The notes under the pieces were generated by a model. The model saw nothing but the letters and a program-made list of their open reading frames with translations. It did no database searches and was not told the origin of the DNA. Shown piece by piece: positions 1 to 10,286 of a stretch of DNA of 38,478 bases. The DNA lies in IMG/VR virus record IMGVR_UViG_3300037478_000235, positions 1 to 38,478 of that record. One strand, written 5' to 3'. The position numbers and the translations under genes were made by a program. Source of the stretch: a virus. Its lineage: Duplodnaviria; Caudoviricetes. The first letter of the stretch is position 1. Every line of letters begins with the position of its first letter.

Positions 1-2
1 GC

Positions 3-881
3 CCGCAGAACCTGGCCGAACAAATTGAAAGGATCATCATATCGACTAACAGCAGGTATGCCCGTAACATCATTGCCCTTCAGGATGAACTATACGAGTC
101 CCTTCTCCTGATCCTGAAGAAAGTCGAGGTAACAAGTGAAGGGCTGATAAAGCAGAACGCCAGTAACCGGAAACTACTGCTTCAGGCTCAAGCTGTATTC
201 ACTACTTTCGCCCTTTCACCATCATTCCATAACGCGTTAGAATCCCATCTTTCAGCGATCCCCAGAATCAACAGATTGAATCAGCAGTATTTTGAAGTCA
301 TAAAAGAAACGTTTCAGCCCAACAGGAATTTCATTAAGTCCCTACAAAAGCAAGCAATTGAAACGGTCAACACGCAGATCCTGAGGGATGGATTCGTAGC
401 CCAGGTGAAGGCACCTTTGAATGAGATCCTGAATCAGAATATTAATTCCGGTGGATCATTTTCGGGGATGCTGGATCAAGTCAGAGCCTTCGTGAAAGGT
501 GGTGATGGCCTTGATGGGAGGTTGATAAGCTATTCCCGGGGAATTCTGAGGGACGCGCTATTTAACTATTCCCGTGCCTATCAGCAGAGCGTCACCGCAG
601 ATTTAGGGCTGAAATGGTACAGCTATTCCGGAGGATTAATTGATGACTCCCGGGAATTTTGTATTGAAAGGGCCGGAAGGTTCTACCATGAGGATGAAAT
701 TCGGGCGTGGGCTTCGCTGGAATGGCAGGGTAAGAACCGTTACACAACTGAAAGTTCAATATTCTGGCTTTGTGGTGGCTATAATTGCGTCCATCAGTTG
801 ATTCCTGTTTCTGATGTTATTGTCCCGAAAGCGGATTTGGATAGGATTACTGGCACTGTTCGCACGAATCAACCGGGGTGA
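3..881 (+). CDS. Minor capsid / head morphogenesis protein (SPP1 gp7 / Mu gpF-like), 5'-truncated by the window
   Basis: Frame is open from position 3 (PQNLAEQIERII...), beyond the listed 276 start; C-terminal SREFC...GGYNCVH motif; lies upstream of scaffold and capsid. Confidence 0.7.
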   Translation, partial: PQNLAEQIERIIISTNSRYARNIIALQDELYESLLLILKKVEVTSEGLIKQNASNRKLLLQAQAVFTTFALSPSFHNALESHLSAIPRINRLNQQYFEVIKETFQPNRNFIKSLQKQAIETVNTQILRDGFVAQVKAPLNEILNQNINSGGSFSGMLDQVRAFVKGGDGLDGRLISYSRGILRDALFNYSRAYQQSVTADLGLKWYSYSGGLIDDSREFCIERAGRFYHEDEIRAWASLEWQGKNRYTTESSIFWLCGGYNCVHQLIPVSDVIVPKADLDRITGTVRTNQPG

Positions 882-1098
882 AATTATAGTCCATCCAGCC
901 GTCTTCCATCCAGTTCACACCCTTGAAAGCATCGTCGCTGTAGGTGCATTTAATTAATTCCCGTGGTAATTGGTTGCCCAAAGAGTCTACCCCTGGTGTT
1001 CTTATTCCAGTAAGGCAACCTAATTTATTTGGTTGTCCCTCTATCTCCGGTCCACAGGCCGCGATAATCACAAATAACAATGGAATTAAATACTTCAT
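847..1098 (-). CDS. Small Cys-containing lipoprotein, opposite to the head operon (moron-like)
   Basis: MKYLIPLLFVIIAA-C lipobox; CEQC at C-terminus. Confidence 0.6.
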   Translation of the reverse strand: MKYLIPLLFVIIAACGPEIEGQPNKLGCLTGIRTPGVDSLGNQLPRELIKCTYSDDAFKGVNWMEDGWMDYNFTPVDSCEQCQ

Positions 1099-1202
1099 AA
1101 TCGTGCTTATTTAGGCCATTTTATACAATTATCAATCCAGATTTGTAATTAATTCGAATTATTATTTTATAATTGTATATTCGTTTACGCGATTATCCAA
1201 TT

Positions 1203-1523
1203 ATGGCAGAGTCATTATACGTGACTGTTAAAGACAAAAGACGGGGGATCACCCGCTCCATCACCAAAAGAGCCTACCAATTACAGCAATCCCGATATGA
1301 ATTACTTAACGGAGAGGTAAGTAACCCGCCACAGAAAAAAAAAGAGGTAAAGGCTGCCGCTCCTGTGGAGGCTGAGGTCTTCGATAAATCCAACCCTGGC
1401 GGGGCTACAGTGATCGAGTACGGGCCAGCCATCCCTAACGAGGCCGTGAAAGTAGTACTCGATAATCCTGAAAAACCACCCCGTAAAAAGCCCGGACCAA
1501 AACCAAAGCCTAAAACCACATGA
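1203..1523 (+). CDS. Hypothetical Lys/Pro-rich basic protein
   Basis: ATG at 1203; stop overlaps the scaffold start (ATGA). Confidence 0.6.
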   Translation: MAESLYVTVKDKRRGITRSITKRAYQLQQSRYELLNGEVSNPPQKKKEVKAAAPVEAEVFDKSNPGGATVIEYGPAIPNEAVKVVLDNPEKPPRKKPGPKPKPKTT

Positions 1524-2365
1524 AACTCAAAGACTTTTTTTCGAAGGTTAAGGATTCGGGCAAGATCGACAACGAGGATTTTGTAAAGTTCGTCGAGGCG
1601 GTTCCTGATGTGGATTTTCCGGATACCGCTTTCGGTGCCTTCGAACAGAAGTTTATGACATTCGAGCGGGCTATTGCCGACAAGGAAGTCAAGAGACGGT
1701 TACGCGCTGACATCCTGGACCCGGTGGATAGCGAGATCGCAAAAATCCTTCCCTTACTCGGATACGACAATTCCCATGAGATCGCCAGAGAGGCAGACAC
1801 GTACAAGAAAATAGCAGGACTGACAAAGGAAATCCCGTCCGTGCTTCAGAAAGCGTCTAAAGGCGTAGAGAACGCCGACGAATTCAAAAAGAAACTTTCC
1901 GAGAAGGACAACATCATAACCGATCTTACAAAGAAATTCGAAACCCTTGAATCGGAGCATAAAACAAATGTCGGAGATGTGACAAAAGGGTTTGAAAAGA
2001 AGCTGCACGACTACCGGCTTGACACTGAGTTGGAAAAGTTGAGTTCAAAATATACCTTTGCTGAGGCTTACGAGAAAACCCGTGAGCAGATTCAAAGAGC
2101 AATGTTGGGCGATCTGAGGTCTTCACACAAACTTCAGCTAGCCGATAAAGAAGGGAAGGCCGACATCAGCATTTTAAACGATGACGGTTCTCCGAGATTC
2201 GACGGTAACACTCCTGTTACGATAAAGTCCCTACTTGACAAGGTTTACGAGCCATTTTTGAAAAAGTCCAACGGCACGGAAACACCAGCACCAGGGACAT
2301 TCACCGCACCTGTTACAAAGCCTAACCCGGCATTCCGGGCAGGCGTTCGTAATACGGTTGGTTAA
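1520..2365 (+). CDS. Capsid scaffolding protein
   Basis: Charged coiled-coil protein with Pro/Thr-rich C-tail, directly before the major capsid gene. Confidence 0.7.
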   Translation: MKLKDFFSKVKDSGKIDNEDFVKFVEAVPDVDFPDTAFGAFEQKFMTFERAIADKEVKRRLRADILDPVDSEIAKILPLLGYDNSHEIAREADTYKKIAGLTKEIPSVLQKASKGVENADEFKKKLSEKDNIITDLTKKFETLESEHKTNVGDVTKGFEKKLHDYRLDTELEKLSSKYTFAEAYEKTREQIQRAMLGDLRSSHKLQLADKEGKADISILNDDGSPRFDGNTPVTIKSLLDKVYEPFLKKSNGTETPAPGTFTAPVTKPNPAFRAGVRNTVG

Positions 2366-2398
2366 AAATCAAAGTCGAACATTTCAATTTTTCTTTTA

Positions 2399-3523
2399 AT
2401 GGTACAACCCAGATATAATGTTGTGGGTGCCTGCGAACGTATAATTGCGGAGGCCTCCACACTAGCAGGGCAGAATTATGCCTTTAACATGCAGCGCAAA
2501 ACCGGCGGATTGGATTTCATAACGTCCCCGGAAAATGCCGGGGTGGAAGTGGAAAGCGGACGTCTTATCTCGTCTCAGGGCGGAAGAAAGGCCGCTAAAC
2601 TTCATATCTACTACGATCAGCGGACAAAACCTTGTCAGATTTCACAGGATTGCGACGCCAATGTTTGTGACACCGGCACCACCCCAGTACGTCAGGAAAT
2701 GGACGTTACCATTGGTAACTGTCTTTCCACTCCGGTAAGGGAATACACCGCCGCCGACATGGCCGCACTTTGTAATGACACTGAAACCTTCATGCGCACC
2801 CGTGGATTTAACGACTTGCGTGCTGCCCGTGAACTTCTTTCGGAAAGAATCCTTGCGTACCTGGATGGTGAGATCGGAATCAACTACGAGTTTGATGGAT
2901 CGACTACATTGGCTGGTACCTACAAGAACGTACAGCTTCTGTTCACTATCAACGGTCAGCCTACACCGCAGCCGGGTAATTTCACCGACATGATCCTGGA
3001 TTACCAGAATAACCAATTGGTAGGTGTTCCAGCCGTTATCGGTCAGGGTAACTTTGAGCAATTCGCCATGCTACACAATATGTCCTGTTGCAATTCCACT
3101 ACTCCTTTCGGAGAGGCAAATATCAACGGTGACGCGCGGTGGTACAAGGATCAAGCGGGTAACCAGGTTCTCGGTGACAACAAAGTAATCCTTACAGCCT
3201 TTGGTGTTCACCACTTCCTGTACTGGAATGAAAACAGGAACATTGCAGCCGTTGAGGGATCGAACGCTTCGGATGCTTTTCATATTGTTGTCCCTGATCC
3301 TATGGGTTACCCGATAGACTGGAACTTTGATTTCTATTTCGACCACTGTGAAAAGAAATGGAAATCATTCTACTCCATCATGTGGGGCGCTTTCAACATA
3401 TTCCAAAATGATTCCTTCGCTGCTTCCGGTGAAGATACTTCCCCTGATGTATCGCCCGACTGCGATGATGATCTGGATGGTATGCTGGCAACGTTTGGAT
3501 ACAACATTACAAAAGGTTCCTAA
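2399..3523 (+). CDS. Major capsid protein (putative)
   Basis: 374 aa, follows the scaffold, AT-rich leader; positional call. Confidence 0.7.
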   Translation: MVQPRYNVVGACERIIAEASTLAGQNYAFNMQRKTGGLDFITSPENAGVEVESGRLISSQGGRKAAKLHIYYDQRTKPCQISQDCDANVCDTGTTPVRQEMDVTIGNCLSTPVREYTAADMAALCNDTETFMRTRGFNDLRAARELLSERILAYLDGEIGINYEFDGSTTLAGTYKNVQLLFTINGQPTPQPGNFTDMILDYQNNQLVGVPAVIGQGNFEQFAMLHNMSCCNSTTPFGEANINGDARWYKDQAGNQVLGDNKVILTAFGVHHFLYWNENRNIAAVEGSNASDAFHIVVPDPMGYPIDWNFDFYFDHCEKKWKSFYSIMWGAFNIFQNDSFAASGEDTSPDVSPDCDDDLDGMLATFGYNITKGS

Positions 3524-3526
3524 CGT

Positions 3527-4471
3527 GTGCCCTGCTATGACAACTATATCGGGATAGAGTCCTCTACTCCCAGCAGGTCCGGTTTATATGTGACCAGCTT
3601 GCCGGGAGTTGAGGTAAATCTATTGGAGGATCTCACCACCTCTGATCAGGCGGACTACCTGGCATTCTGGGAATCCATCTATAAGAGGGCATGGGATAAC
3701 CTTGTTTCCGATGTAGCGGCCAAATTAAATGACCGGTTCTTTGTCGATTCCAAGCTAGTAGCAAGGGAGACAAGCGAGTTTCAAACCTCTTTCAATACCG
3801 GGGATTCCTTAGCTGGTGTCAGGGTAGAATTTGACCTTCCAAAATACGCACGACTTCACGTTATCTCTGTTGGGGTATTTTCAGAATCCGAATATGAAAG
3901 CCCTGATTTTGAACTGAATTTCTATGAAGAAGATTCTGATGGAGAGCTTTTACACACCGCTTCAGCGGAACTTGAAGAAGGGCGGAACACAGTAAACATT
4001 GACACTGACTTCGAGGTAAGTTCCCTTTTCATTGCCTACGATCCCGGCGCTTATTCTCTTAGAAAGACAGAGAACAAATACTACCCTTCCAATTATCTCC
4101 ATTTCGACAAGTTCGATTGCACTTTCCCCTGCCGATTCGGAATAGGGGGAGTGCGTCAGATTAACGGGGGCGGACTCAATGTCAAATACGTTGTCTATTG
4201 CTCGATTGAAAAGTTTGTCTGTGAAAACATAAATCTTTTCAAGCAGGCTTTTCTGTGGAAGATAGGCAACGAAATATTAGTTGACCGCAGGTTCGGAAAC
4301 ACTGTGAACTGCTTTACCGCCATGACTTCGGAACGGGCATTAGAACTTACTGAGTTCTACACCAACACCTATATGGATAAGTTAGGGAATTCGGTGGAAG
4401 GAAATATCTATGAAGATCCATTCTGTTTCAACTGCAAAAATTCAGTAACACACAAAACAATACTGCCATGA
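3527..4471 (+). CDS. Virion structural protein (putative head-tail adaptor)
   Basis: GTG start, position after capsid gene; no diagnostic motif. Confidence 0.45.
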   Translation: MPCYDNYIGIESSTPSRSGLYVTSLPGVEVNLLEDLTTSDQADYLAFWESIYKRAWDNLVSDVAAKLNDRFFVDSKLVARETSEFQTSFNTGDSLAGVRVEFDLPKYARLHVISVGVFSESEYESPDFELNFYEEDSDGELLHTASAELEEGRNTVNIDTDFEVSSLFIAYDPGAYSLRKTENKYYPSNYLHFDKFDCTFPCRFGIGGVRQINGGGLNVKYVVYCSIEKFVCENINLFKQAFLWKIGNEILVDRRFGNTVNCFTAMTSERALELTEFYTNTYMDKLGNSVEGNIYEDPFCFNCKNSVTHKTILP

Positions 4472-4504
4472 AGAAACCAAGAAAACCAAAAGGGTGCAAG
4501 GGCT

Positions 4505-4984
4505 GTGGCCGATGAACTGAAAATACTGGTCGATAAAATTAACTCCGCTATACGGTCTGAGAGGACTATGAGGATAGCGATAAGCACTGTATTGGCTGTG
4601 CATAAACCCAGAATCTTTGAACAAGGGTTAGACGCTGATGGAGCTAAAATAGGAACGTATTCCAAGAATCCGATTTCTATTTCGAAGTCAAAGCAGGCGC
4701 GAAATACGGGTCAGACTTATTTCCCGGGAGGGTATGCTGAATACAAGTCCGCAGTAGGTAAGAATCCGGGGTTTGTGATTCTGAGAAACACCGATCAAAT
4801 GGTGTCGGACTACGGCATAAGACAGGCCGGAAATGAGTTCGGGTTAGGGTTCCAGAACACGGAGAATTACGATAAGTCGGTTTGGCTTCAGGACAAGTAC
4901 GATAAGCAGATTTTCGACCACACCGAGAAGGAACTGGATATTTTGACGGCAACTCTTGAGGCTGAAATAGCGAAGGCGATATGA
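4505..4984 (+). CDS. Putative neck / tail-completion protein
   Basis: RIFEQGLDADG...ILRNTDQM resembles virion morphogenesis proteins; positional. Confidence 0.45.
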   Translation: MADELKILVDKINSAIRSERTMRIAISTVLAVHKPRIFEQGLDADGAKIGTYSKNPISISKSKQARNTGQTYFPGGYAEYKSAVGKNPGFVILRNTDQMVSDYGIRQAGNEFGLGFQNTENYDKSVWLQDKYDKQIFDHTEKELDILTATLEAEIAKAI

Positions 4985-5484
4985 AAAGTTTCACTGAAGC
5001 AATCGACGTGTATTATCAGGGGCTTTACCCTGACTTCCTTTTCTATGGACTAGCAGAACTCACTACCAAATCCAAAGACAGGTTTCCGGTTACTGTTAAT
5101 GGTAGGGAAAAAGTTTGCCTGCATGACGATTATGACTGTTTGGTATGGCATCGGGAAATGTCTGTCAGCCAGATAGAGAACGAGGAATTGGCTTTCGGGA
5201 TGGATATACCAGTCGAATTTCAGGTGAGACTACGAACTATCGTAGGCTACAAAATAGCACTTGGTGAGGAATTCAAATATGAATTCGCTGATGTCTTCCC
5301 TAAAGACCTGGATAAAACCGGATACGAGAAGTTAGAAATAATCCCCGGAACAATGGAAGTAGACAGGGAGAAAGTAGCGCGTGAAGAAGAAATACATATC
5401 CAGTACGAAAAACTATTGTGCTGGAACCTGTTTTGGTTCGAGAATACATTTCAATTCGTCTTGTGTCCTGAAACTTCACCCTAA
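4981..5484 (+). CDS. Putative neck / terminator-like structural protein
   Basis: Acidic 167 aa protein, translationally coupled; positional. Confidence 0.4.
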   Translation: MKSFTEAIDVYYQGLYPDFLFYGLAELTTKSKDRFPVTVNGREKVCLHDDYDCLVWHREMSVSQIENEELAFGMDIPVEFQVRLRTIVGYKIALGEEFKYEFADVFPKDLDKTGYEKLEIIPGTMEVDREKVAREEEIHIQYEKLLCWNLFWFENTFQFVLCPETSP

Positions 5485-5903
5485 TGGCTAATCAGAAAGT
5501 ATCCGCAATGACTAAGGTTCCCACGTTAACTGGTGGGATGAAAATAGCTTTAGGGTTGCAGGAGCCCGGGATTGGTAATTATGCTACAGATCCTGATCAG
5601 ATTGCATCGCATGTTCTTTCCAGAAGCGGGACCAGTGAGTATGGCATAACCGCTACATCTAAAACTTTAGATGCAACGAGTAGATTATATGTTTTTACCG
5701 GAAGTATCGCATCAACATGGACGCTCCCAGCACCTGTCGCCAATCTCGACATAGAGATAAAAAGCAGGGGAAGTGCGGACATAACACTGAATAGCAATTC
5801 AGGATCTCAGATTTATGGCGGCGCGGCTCAGGCATCTCTGATTATCGGGCAGGGAGAATCGTATAGATTACACTGTGACGGAACATTTTTCAATATACTA
5901 TGA
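5484..5903 (+). CDS. Fibre/spike-associated protein
   Basis: MANQKVSAM N-terminus and TWTLPAP...IIGQGESYRLHCDGTFF domain typical of phage fibre-associated modules. Confidence 0.5.
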   Translation: MANQKVSAMTKVPTLTGGMKIALGLQEPGIGNYATDPDQIASHVLSRSGTSEYGITATSKTLDATSRLYVFTGSIASTWTLPAPVANLDIEIKSRGSADITLNSNSGSQIYGGAAQASLIIGQGESYRLHCDGTFFNIL

Positions 5904-7018
5904 AACATCTACTTATCATTTTATTTCTGGCTCTCTCCGTTGGCTCTCTGGCGCAGAACCCAATAGTCGGACGCTCAATAAGGCTTACGGGTGAGTTCAC
6001 GGCATCGAGTCTAAGCACAGACCAGGATGATTACGCGTTAGATCCGGGGTACAGGTTCTATAACCTATCGGCATCGGTACCTGTAACCGTCACGGGCATT
6101 ATCGCTATGGGCGCTGGCGCTGAGATAAGCATTATAAATACCAGTTCAAATGCGATAACATTTACCCATGAGGACACGGGGTCAAGCGCAGCCAACAGGA
6201 TAAGTACTTCAGGAAATGGGTTAGTTATTTTAGGTCAGGGAGGGGTGATGAATCTAAGGTATAACGCCAGCACAAGCCGGTGGATAGTGCTTTCCACTAC
6301 GGTTTCGGTTATCGAAAGTCCAGATGAGCCAGTTGGTCAGGCATCAGATTTAACGGTAACAAACATAACAACAACAACAGCAACTGCCACATGGACACGA
6401 GGTGATGGGGCATTCTCTATCCTTTTAATAAGGCAGGGGCAAATCAGCGACCTTCCGCAAGATAATGTTGAATATACTGGTGATTTAAACTACGGTGATG
6501 GTGATGAGATAGGGACAGGGCTTTACGTTCTTACCACTACCACTGGTACGACAGCCGATATAACGGGACTCAGCGCCAGTAATCAGTATGACATGTTTGT
6601 AATGGAATACAACCAATCCGGGGGGTCAATTAACTACAACACCACAATTACTGTTGGTAACGCTCGGCCATTTTCAACTCTGGCATCAGCCTCAACCCCA
6701 ACAGTAGCTTATACAATTACCAGGGTTATTCCTAAGCAAAATGAAATTGAAGTTCAGGGCACAAGGGGTAACGGGGACTTGATAGTTGTTCCTATGAGAT
6801 TGGGTGAAGGGGTTACCGCCACGGGCTATCCTGTCGATGATACCGAGTACACTGCCGGGCCTTTCGGAACCGGAGAAACTACAGAGACTGGTACGTACAT
6901 AACCCACTCCGGAACCGCTGCTAACTTCGAAATGACGGGGTTTCTACGGGACACGGATTACAGTTATCCCAAAGTGATAGAGGCGAGTTCGACGTTTAAA
7001 TATCTGCTTCCACAATGA
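5900..7018 (+). CDS. Signal-peptide protein with fibre-like N-domain and FN3-like repeats
   Basis: MKHLLIILFLALSVGSLA|Q signal; two repeats with WTRGDG / GTRGNG and FVMEYN-type motifs. Confidence 0.6.
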   Translation: MKHLLIILFLALSVGSLAQNPIVGRSIRLTGEFTASSLSTDQDDYALDPGYRFYNLSASVPVTVTGIIAMGAGAEISIINTSSNAITFTHEDTGSSAANRISTSGNGLVILGQGGVMNLRYNASTSRWIVLSTTVSVIESPDEPVGQASDLTVTNITTTTATATWTRGDGAFSILLIRQGQISDLPQDNVEYTGDLNYGDGDEIGTGLYVLTTTTGTTADITGLSASNQYDMFVMEYNQSGGSINYNTTITVGNARPFSTLASASTPTVAYTITRVIPKQNEIEVQGTRGNGDLIVVPMRLGEGVTATGYPVDDTEYTAGPFGTGETTETGTYITHSGTAANFEMTGFLRDTDYSYPKVIEASSTFKYLLPQ

Positions 7019-10000
7019 GAATCTTGCTTTCGATATTGCTCGCATTCGGGATAACGGTTGGGTATTGCCAGCCCGATACCGTACACACCGCATACATTTA
7101 CGTCAATGACTTTTCGTCTCTGGACACCACAGCAGGGCAAGCCTACCTGAACACTTCAGCTAAAGTATACTATTCATTTTTGGCGTTACGCGGTGGACAT
7201 GGAGCTACTATAGCAAATGGGAATATCGGGTTAGTCGATTACGGGCCTGGATCCTTTACGGCTACTGTTTTAAGCAGCCCAACAATAGACAATATTACAT
7301 ACGGTGATAGTGTCCACGTCAATACGCTAGGGGCTACCGGAGTAAATGCGATAACCACAGGACAAAACGGAGCTGGCTGGTTTGATGAGGATTTCCAGGC
7401 GCACATGGCCCTTAAAGTCTATGACGGTATCCCGTCAGGAACTGTCTATGCTTCCGGTAACGTATCTACAGCCGGTACTACGATCTTTACAATATCTTTA
7501 AACACCAGCGGGATTTTACAGATAAGATTCAGAACCCCAACAGCGGACTCGCGTTGGGACTCGGCGGCACCTGTGTTTTTAAACGGGGAAAACCCTTTAC
7601 ACGGCCTTCAGATAAGTTACGACTTCACTAATGACGTGTTCGGAATCTGGCTAGATGGGAACGCTATATCGGGAAGTTTTGCCTCTGGTTCAATGGCAGC
7701 GCTTGATCCTTCGACATGGAGTTCGACTCAGAATTTTGCAATAGGGTCAGCCAATTTACAGGGGACAATAAACAATAACCCGGCAGCTATCTCTATAGTA
7801 GGGTTCGCCGTTACCGACATCACAACAGCTCAGGAACGTGCCGACATCCTGGCTCACCTGACAACGCCCCCGCTCTGGACAGTTAACGAAGTCGCTGGAT
7901 TTACCTATGAAGTTGTAGACGACACCCTGGTCACGTCAGGGTATCCGCTAGGCTTCCAGGACTGGATTAGTCATAATGACTGGACCGTTACGATGGAAGA
8001 ATTCGATATAGGGGATGTAGTTATTTTAGATTCTATAGACACCAACTCCACAGGCACAGGAATCGGAATAAAAAATGATCTGGATACCGAGGCAAATAGG
8101 GGTGTACTCGGGCTTTTTATTACAGATACTAATTCCGCAAACTTTGGCAAAGTTCAGATTTACTCGGGGACCGGATCGGTAAGCCCGACCGCTTTTAATC
8201 TACGCTCTACCTCATCAGGGGCGTTACCCATAGAGCAAGACGATACTGTGGAATTGGTACTTCACAGAGAGCTACAAGGTAATGATGCGTTCTATTCATT
8301 CACTGCCACTGACACGGATAGCGTATCAGTAACCGTAGGATATACTGAGACCGGTCGCCCTTCTTCAGCCTTTTATGGAATAAGCCAAAGAGCCTACATC
8401 TACCAAAATGCAGGAGGGTTTAAAATAAATCCATTCTACGCTTATCGCAGAGGCGTTCAGACCTCACCATCAGAACCGCCACCACCCACGGGGACGTATG
8501 CTGTCCACGTTCAGTTAAGCGGAAGTGACGCCGCCGACTGTAGTGAATCCACGCCATGTCGTACCAATGTAAGGGGGCTGGAAAGAGTTGGGGAAATAGG
8601 AACAGCTAGTACAGATATGTTTACTGGACCAGGAACATTTACTGAGGGTTCGTTTTTAAATCCGCCTACAAATCTTGGTGACTGGGACGGAGCGGGAAAG
8701 AATGTAACGTTTATAAATGGAACGAGTAACCTGTACACATCAACTTCGACAAGTGGTAGGGACAACCTTAATAGATTTTTTGTCAGCCTTATAAGTACCT
8801 CACCGACAACAGTAACGACACGTATACGACACATGACATTCTCCGGTAATAAGAATATCGGGGGCACTGTCAATTCAATTAAAGGCTGCTTTGCTATACG
8901 AAGACGAAACGGCGTAGAGTTATCCGATATAGTCATGCGCAATTTCAACACGTCGGGCTTGAGAATGTGGGACGTGGATGTTTTTACTATGGATAATTTT
9001 CTTGTCGAACGCTGTTCCGGTACTGAGACTTCATACACACACTATCAAATCGAAACAGGAAGTGCTACCCAGGGTGGCGTTGGCGGCTGTGGGGGCGTGA
9101 CTTTAATTAGCTCAGATGAGCCAGAGCCAGGGGATACGTATAATATCAATGTTACAAACGGGGTAATTAACGCACCGGAATTTGGTGAAGGAGCCGGATG
9201 GGGAACCAAGGGCGGCACGGGCGGAAGCAGATATTTTCATAACACCAAAATTCAGAATGTCGTATTTAATGTCGTGGGCACGTCGCAAGATGACGAAGGC
9301 CACCATTTCAATTTGGAATGGCTTGATGTTAACCCGGGGCATATCCTAGTTGATAATGTATTCTTCAACGCGAATATATCGTTCGGCTTGACTGGGGTGG
9401 CCGCCACACACGGGTACACACGCATCACGAATTCCACATTCGATTTTGACGATCCGACCAATATCACTTTTGTAGCGGAGATGCAGATAAGCAAGATCGT
9501 CATAGATCATAATTTTGTAGTCAATGCAAGAAGCGGAGTGTTCGAATCACTCAATAATCAAAACACTTACAAGGGCGGTGAATCCGGTGGTTCACCATTT
9601 GCTCAAGATCATGGTGACTGGTGGATTCATCACAACATCCTACAACTAACCACTGGCGCATCGTTCGCCGGTATATTCGGAGGCCTTACCTGGGATACCG
9701 ATGATCAGATTTTTGAACAAAACACCATCAGATTTTTAACGACTTCCGGTGGGCTTTGGTTTGGCAACGTAGTGAGCAATCAGGCGGGTCATAGTGTTTC
9801 AGGTCTTGTTATTCAGAACAACGCCTACATAAATCAGCCACCACCGTCCTCTAACATGTGGGATACCGGTACAATATCAGGAGGTATATCTCGCAATAAT
9901 AAATCCACTCACTTCAATGTCACCGCATCACGAGCAGGTGTGACTGTCACTAACTCACAAATTCATGGTGCTGGAAATACATTAGGTCTTGGACTCGGCA

Positions 10001-10125
10001 CACCACCAACAACATGGGCAGAGGCTTTCAACGATGATTATTACAGGCCAAAGATTTCGTTAGATAGCGAATTGATAGATAATGGTTTCGGTGGAGTAAC
10101 AATCGGAGCTTTGGAGGAAGACTAG
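7015..10125 (+). CDS. Large signal-peptide adhesin/spike: LamG-like region, Pro linker, parallel beta-helix-like C-half
   Basis: MRILLSILLAFGITVGYC|Q; SEPPPPT linker; repeated I..N / IDHN / IHHN / EQNT / QNNA beta-helix rungs. Confidence 0.6.
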   Translation: MRILLSILLAFGITVGYCQPDTVHTAYIYVNDFSSLDTTAGQAYLNTSAKVYYSFLALRGGHGATIANGNIGLVDYGPGSFTATVLSSPTIDNITYGDSVHVNTLGATGVNAITTGQNGAGWFDEDFQAHMALKVYDGIPSGTVYASGNVSTAGTTIFTISLNTSGILQIRFRTPTADSRWDSAAPVFLNGENPLHGLQISYDFTNDVFGIWLDGNAISGSFASGSMAALDPSTWSSTQNFAIGSANLQGTINNNPAAISIVGFAVTDITTAQERADILAHLTTPPLWTVNEVAGFTYEVVDDTLVTSGYPLGFQDWISHNDWTVTMEEFDIGDVVILDSIDTNSTGTGIGIKNDLDTEANRGVLGLFITDTNSANFGKVQIYSGTGSVSPTAFNLRSTSSGALPIEQDDTVELVLHRELQGNDAFYSFTATDTDSVSVTVGYTETGRPSSAFYGISQRAYIYQNAGGFKINPFYAYRRGVQTSPSEPPPPTGTYAVHVQLSGSDAADCSESTPCRTNVRGLERVGEIGTASTDMFTGPGTFTEGSFLNPPTNLGDWDGAGKNVTFINGTSNLYTSTSTSGRDNLNRFFVSLISTSPTTVTTRIRHMTFSGNKNIGGTVNSIKGCFAIRRRNGVELSDIVMRNFNTSGLRMWDVDVFTMDNFLVERCSGTETSYTHYQIETGSATQGGVGGCGGVTLISSDEPEPGDTYNINVTNGVINAPEFGEGAGWGTKGGTGGSRYFHNTKIQNVVFNVVGTSQDDEGHHFNLEWLDVNPGHILVDNVFFNANISFGLTGVAATHGYTRITNSTFDFDDPTNITFVAEMQISKIVIDHNFVVNARSGVFESLNNQNTYKGGESGGSPFAQDHGDWWIHHNILQLTTGASFAGIFGGLTWDTDDQIFEQNTIRFLTTSGGLWFGNVVSNQAGHSVSGLVIQNNAYINQPPPSSNMWDTGTISGGISRNNKSTHFNVTASRAGVTVTNSQIHGAGNTLGLGLGTPPTTWAEAFNDDYYRPKISLDSELIDNGFGGVTIGALEED

Positions 10126-10286
10126 AATTTGAACTTTAAAACGATATCGCAAATGATTGATACGAATATAAGCCCGGACCACCAGTACACCAGAGGCCAT
10201 ACCAGTGAGGCGTCGTATATGAACATTGTAAATACGGCTAAAACGCCGAAGAAGATCACGGCAGAGGTTACGCTGAGGTACTTCAT
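10122..10286 (-). CDS. Small two-TM membrane protein, opposite to the structural operon
   Basis: MKYLSVTSAVIFF... almost wholly hydrophobic; AT-rich upstream region. Confidence 0.5.
   Translation of the reverse strand: MKYLSVTSAVIFFGVLAVFTMFIYDASLVWPLVYWWSGLIFVSIICDIVLKFKF

Noticed and set aside
1335-1343. A9 tract as phase-variation or frameshift site
   Set aside because: Encodes a Lys run in a Lys-rich protein whose frame is intact and coupled to the next gene
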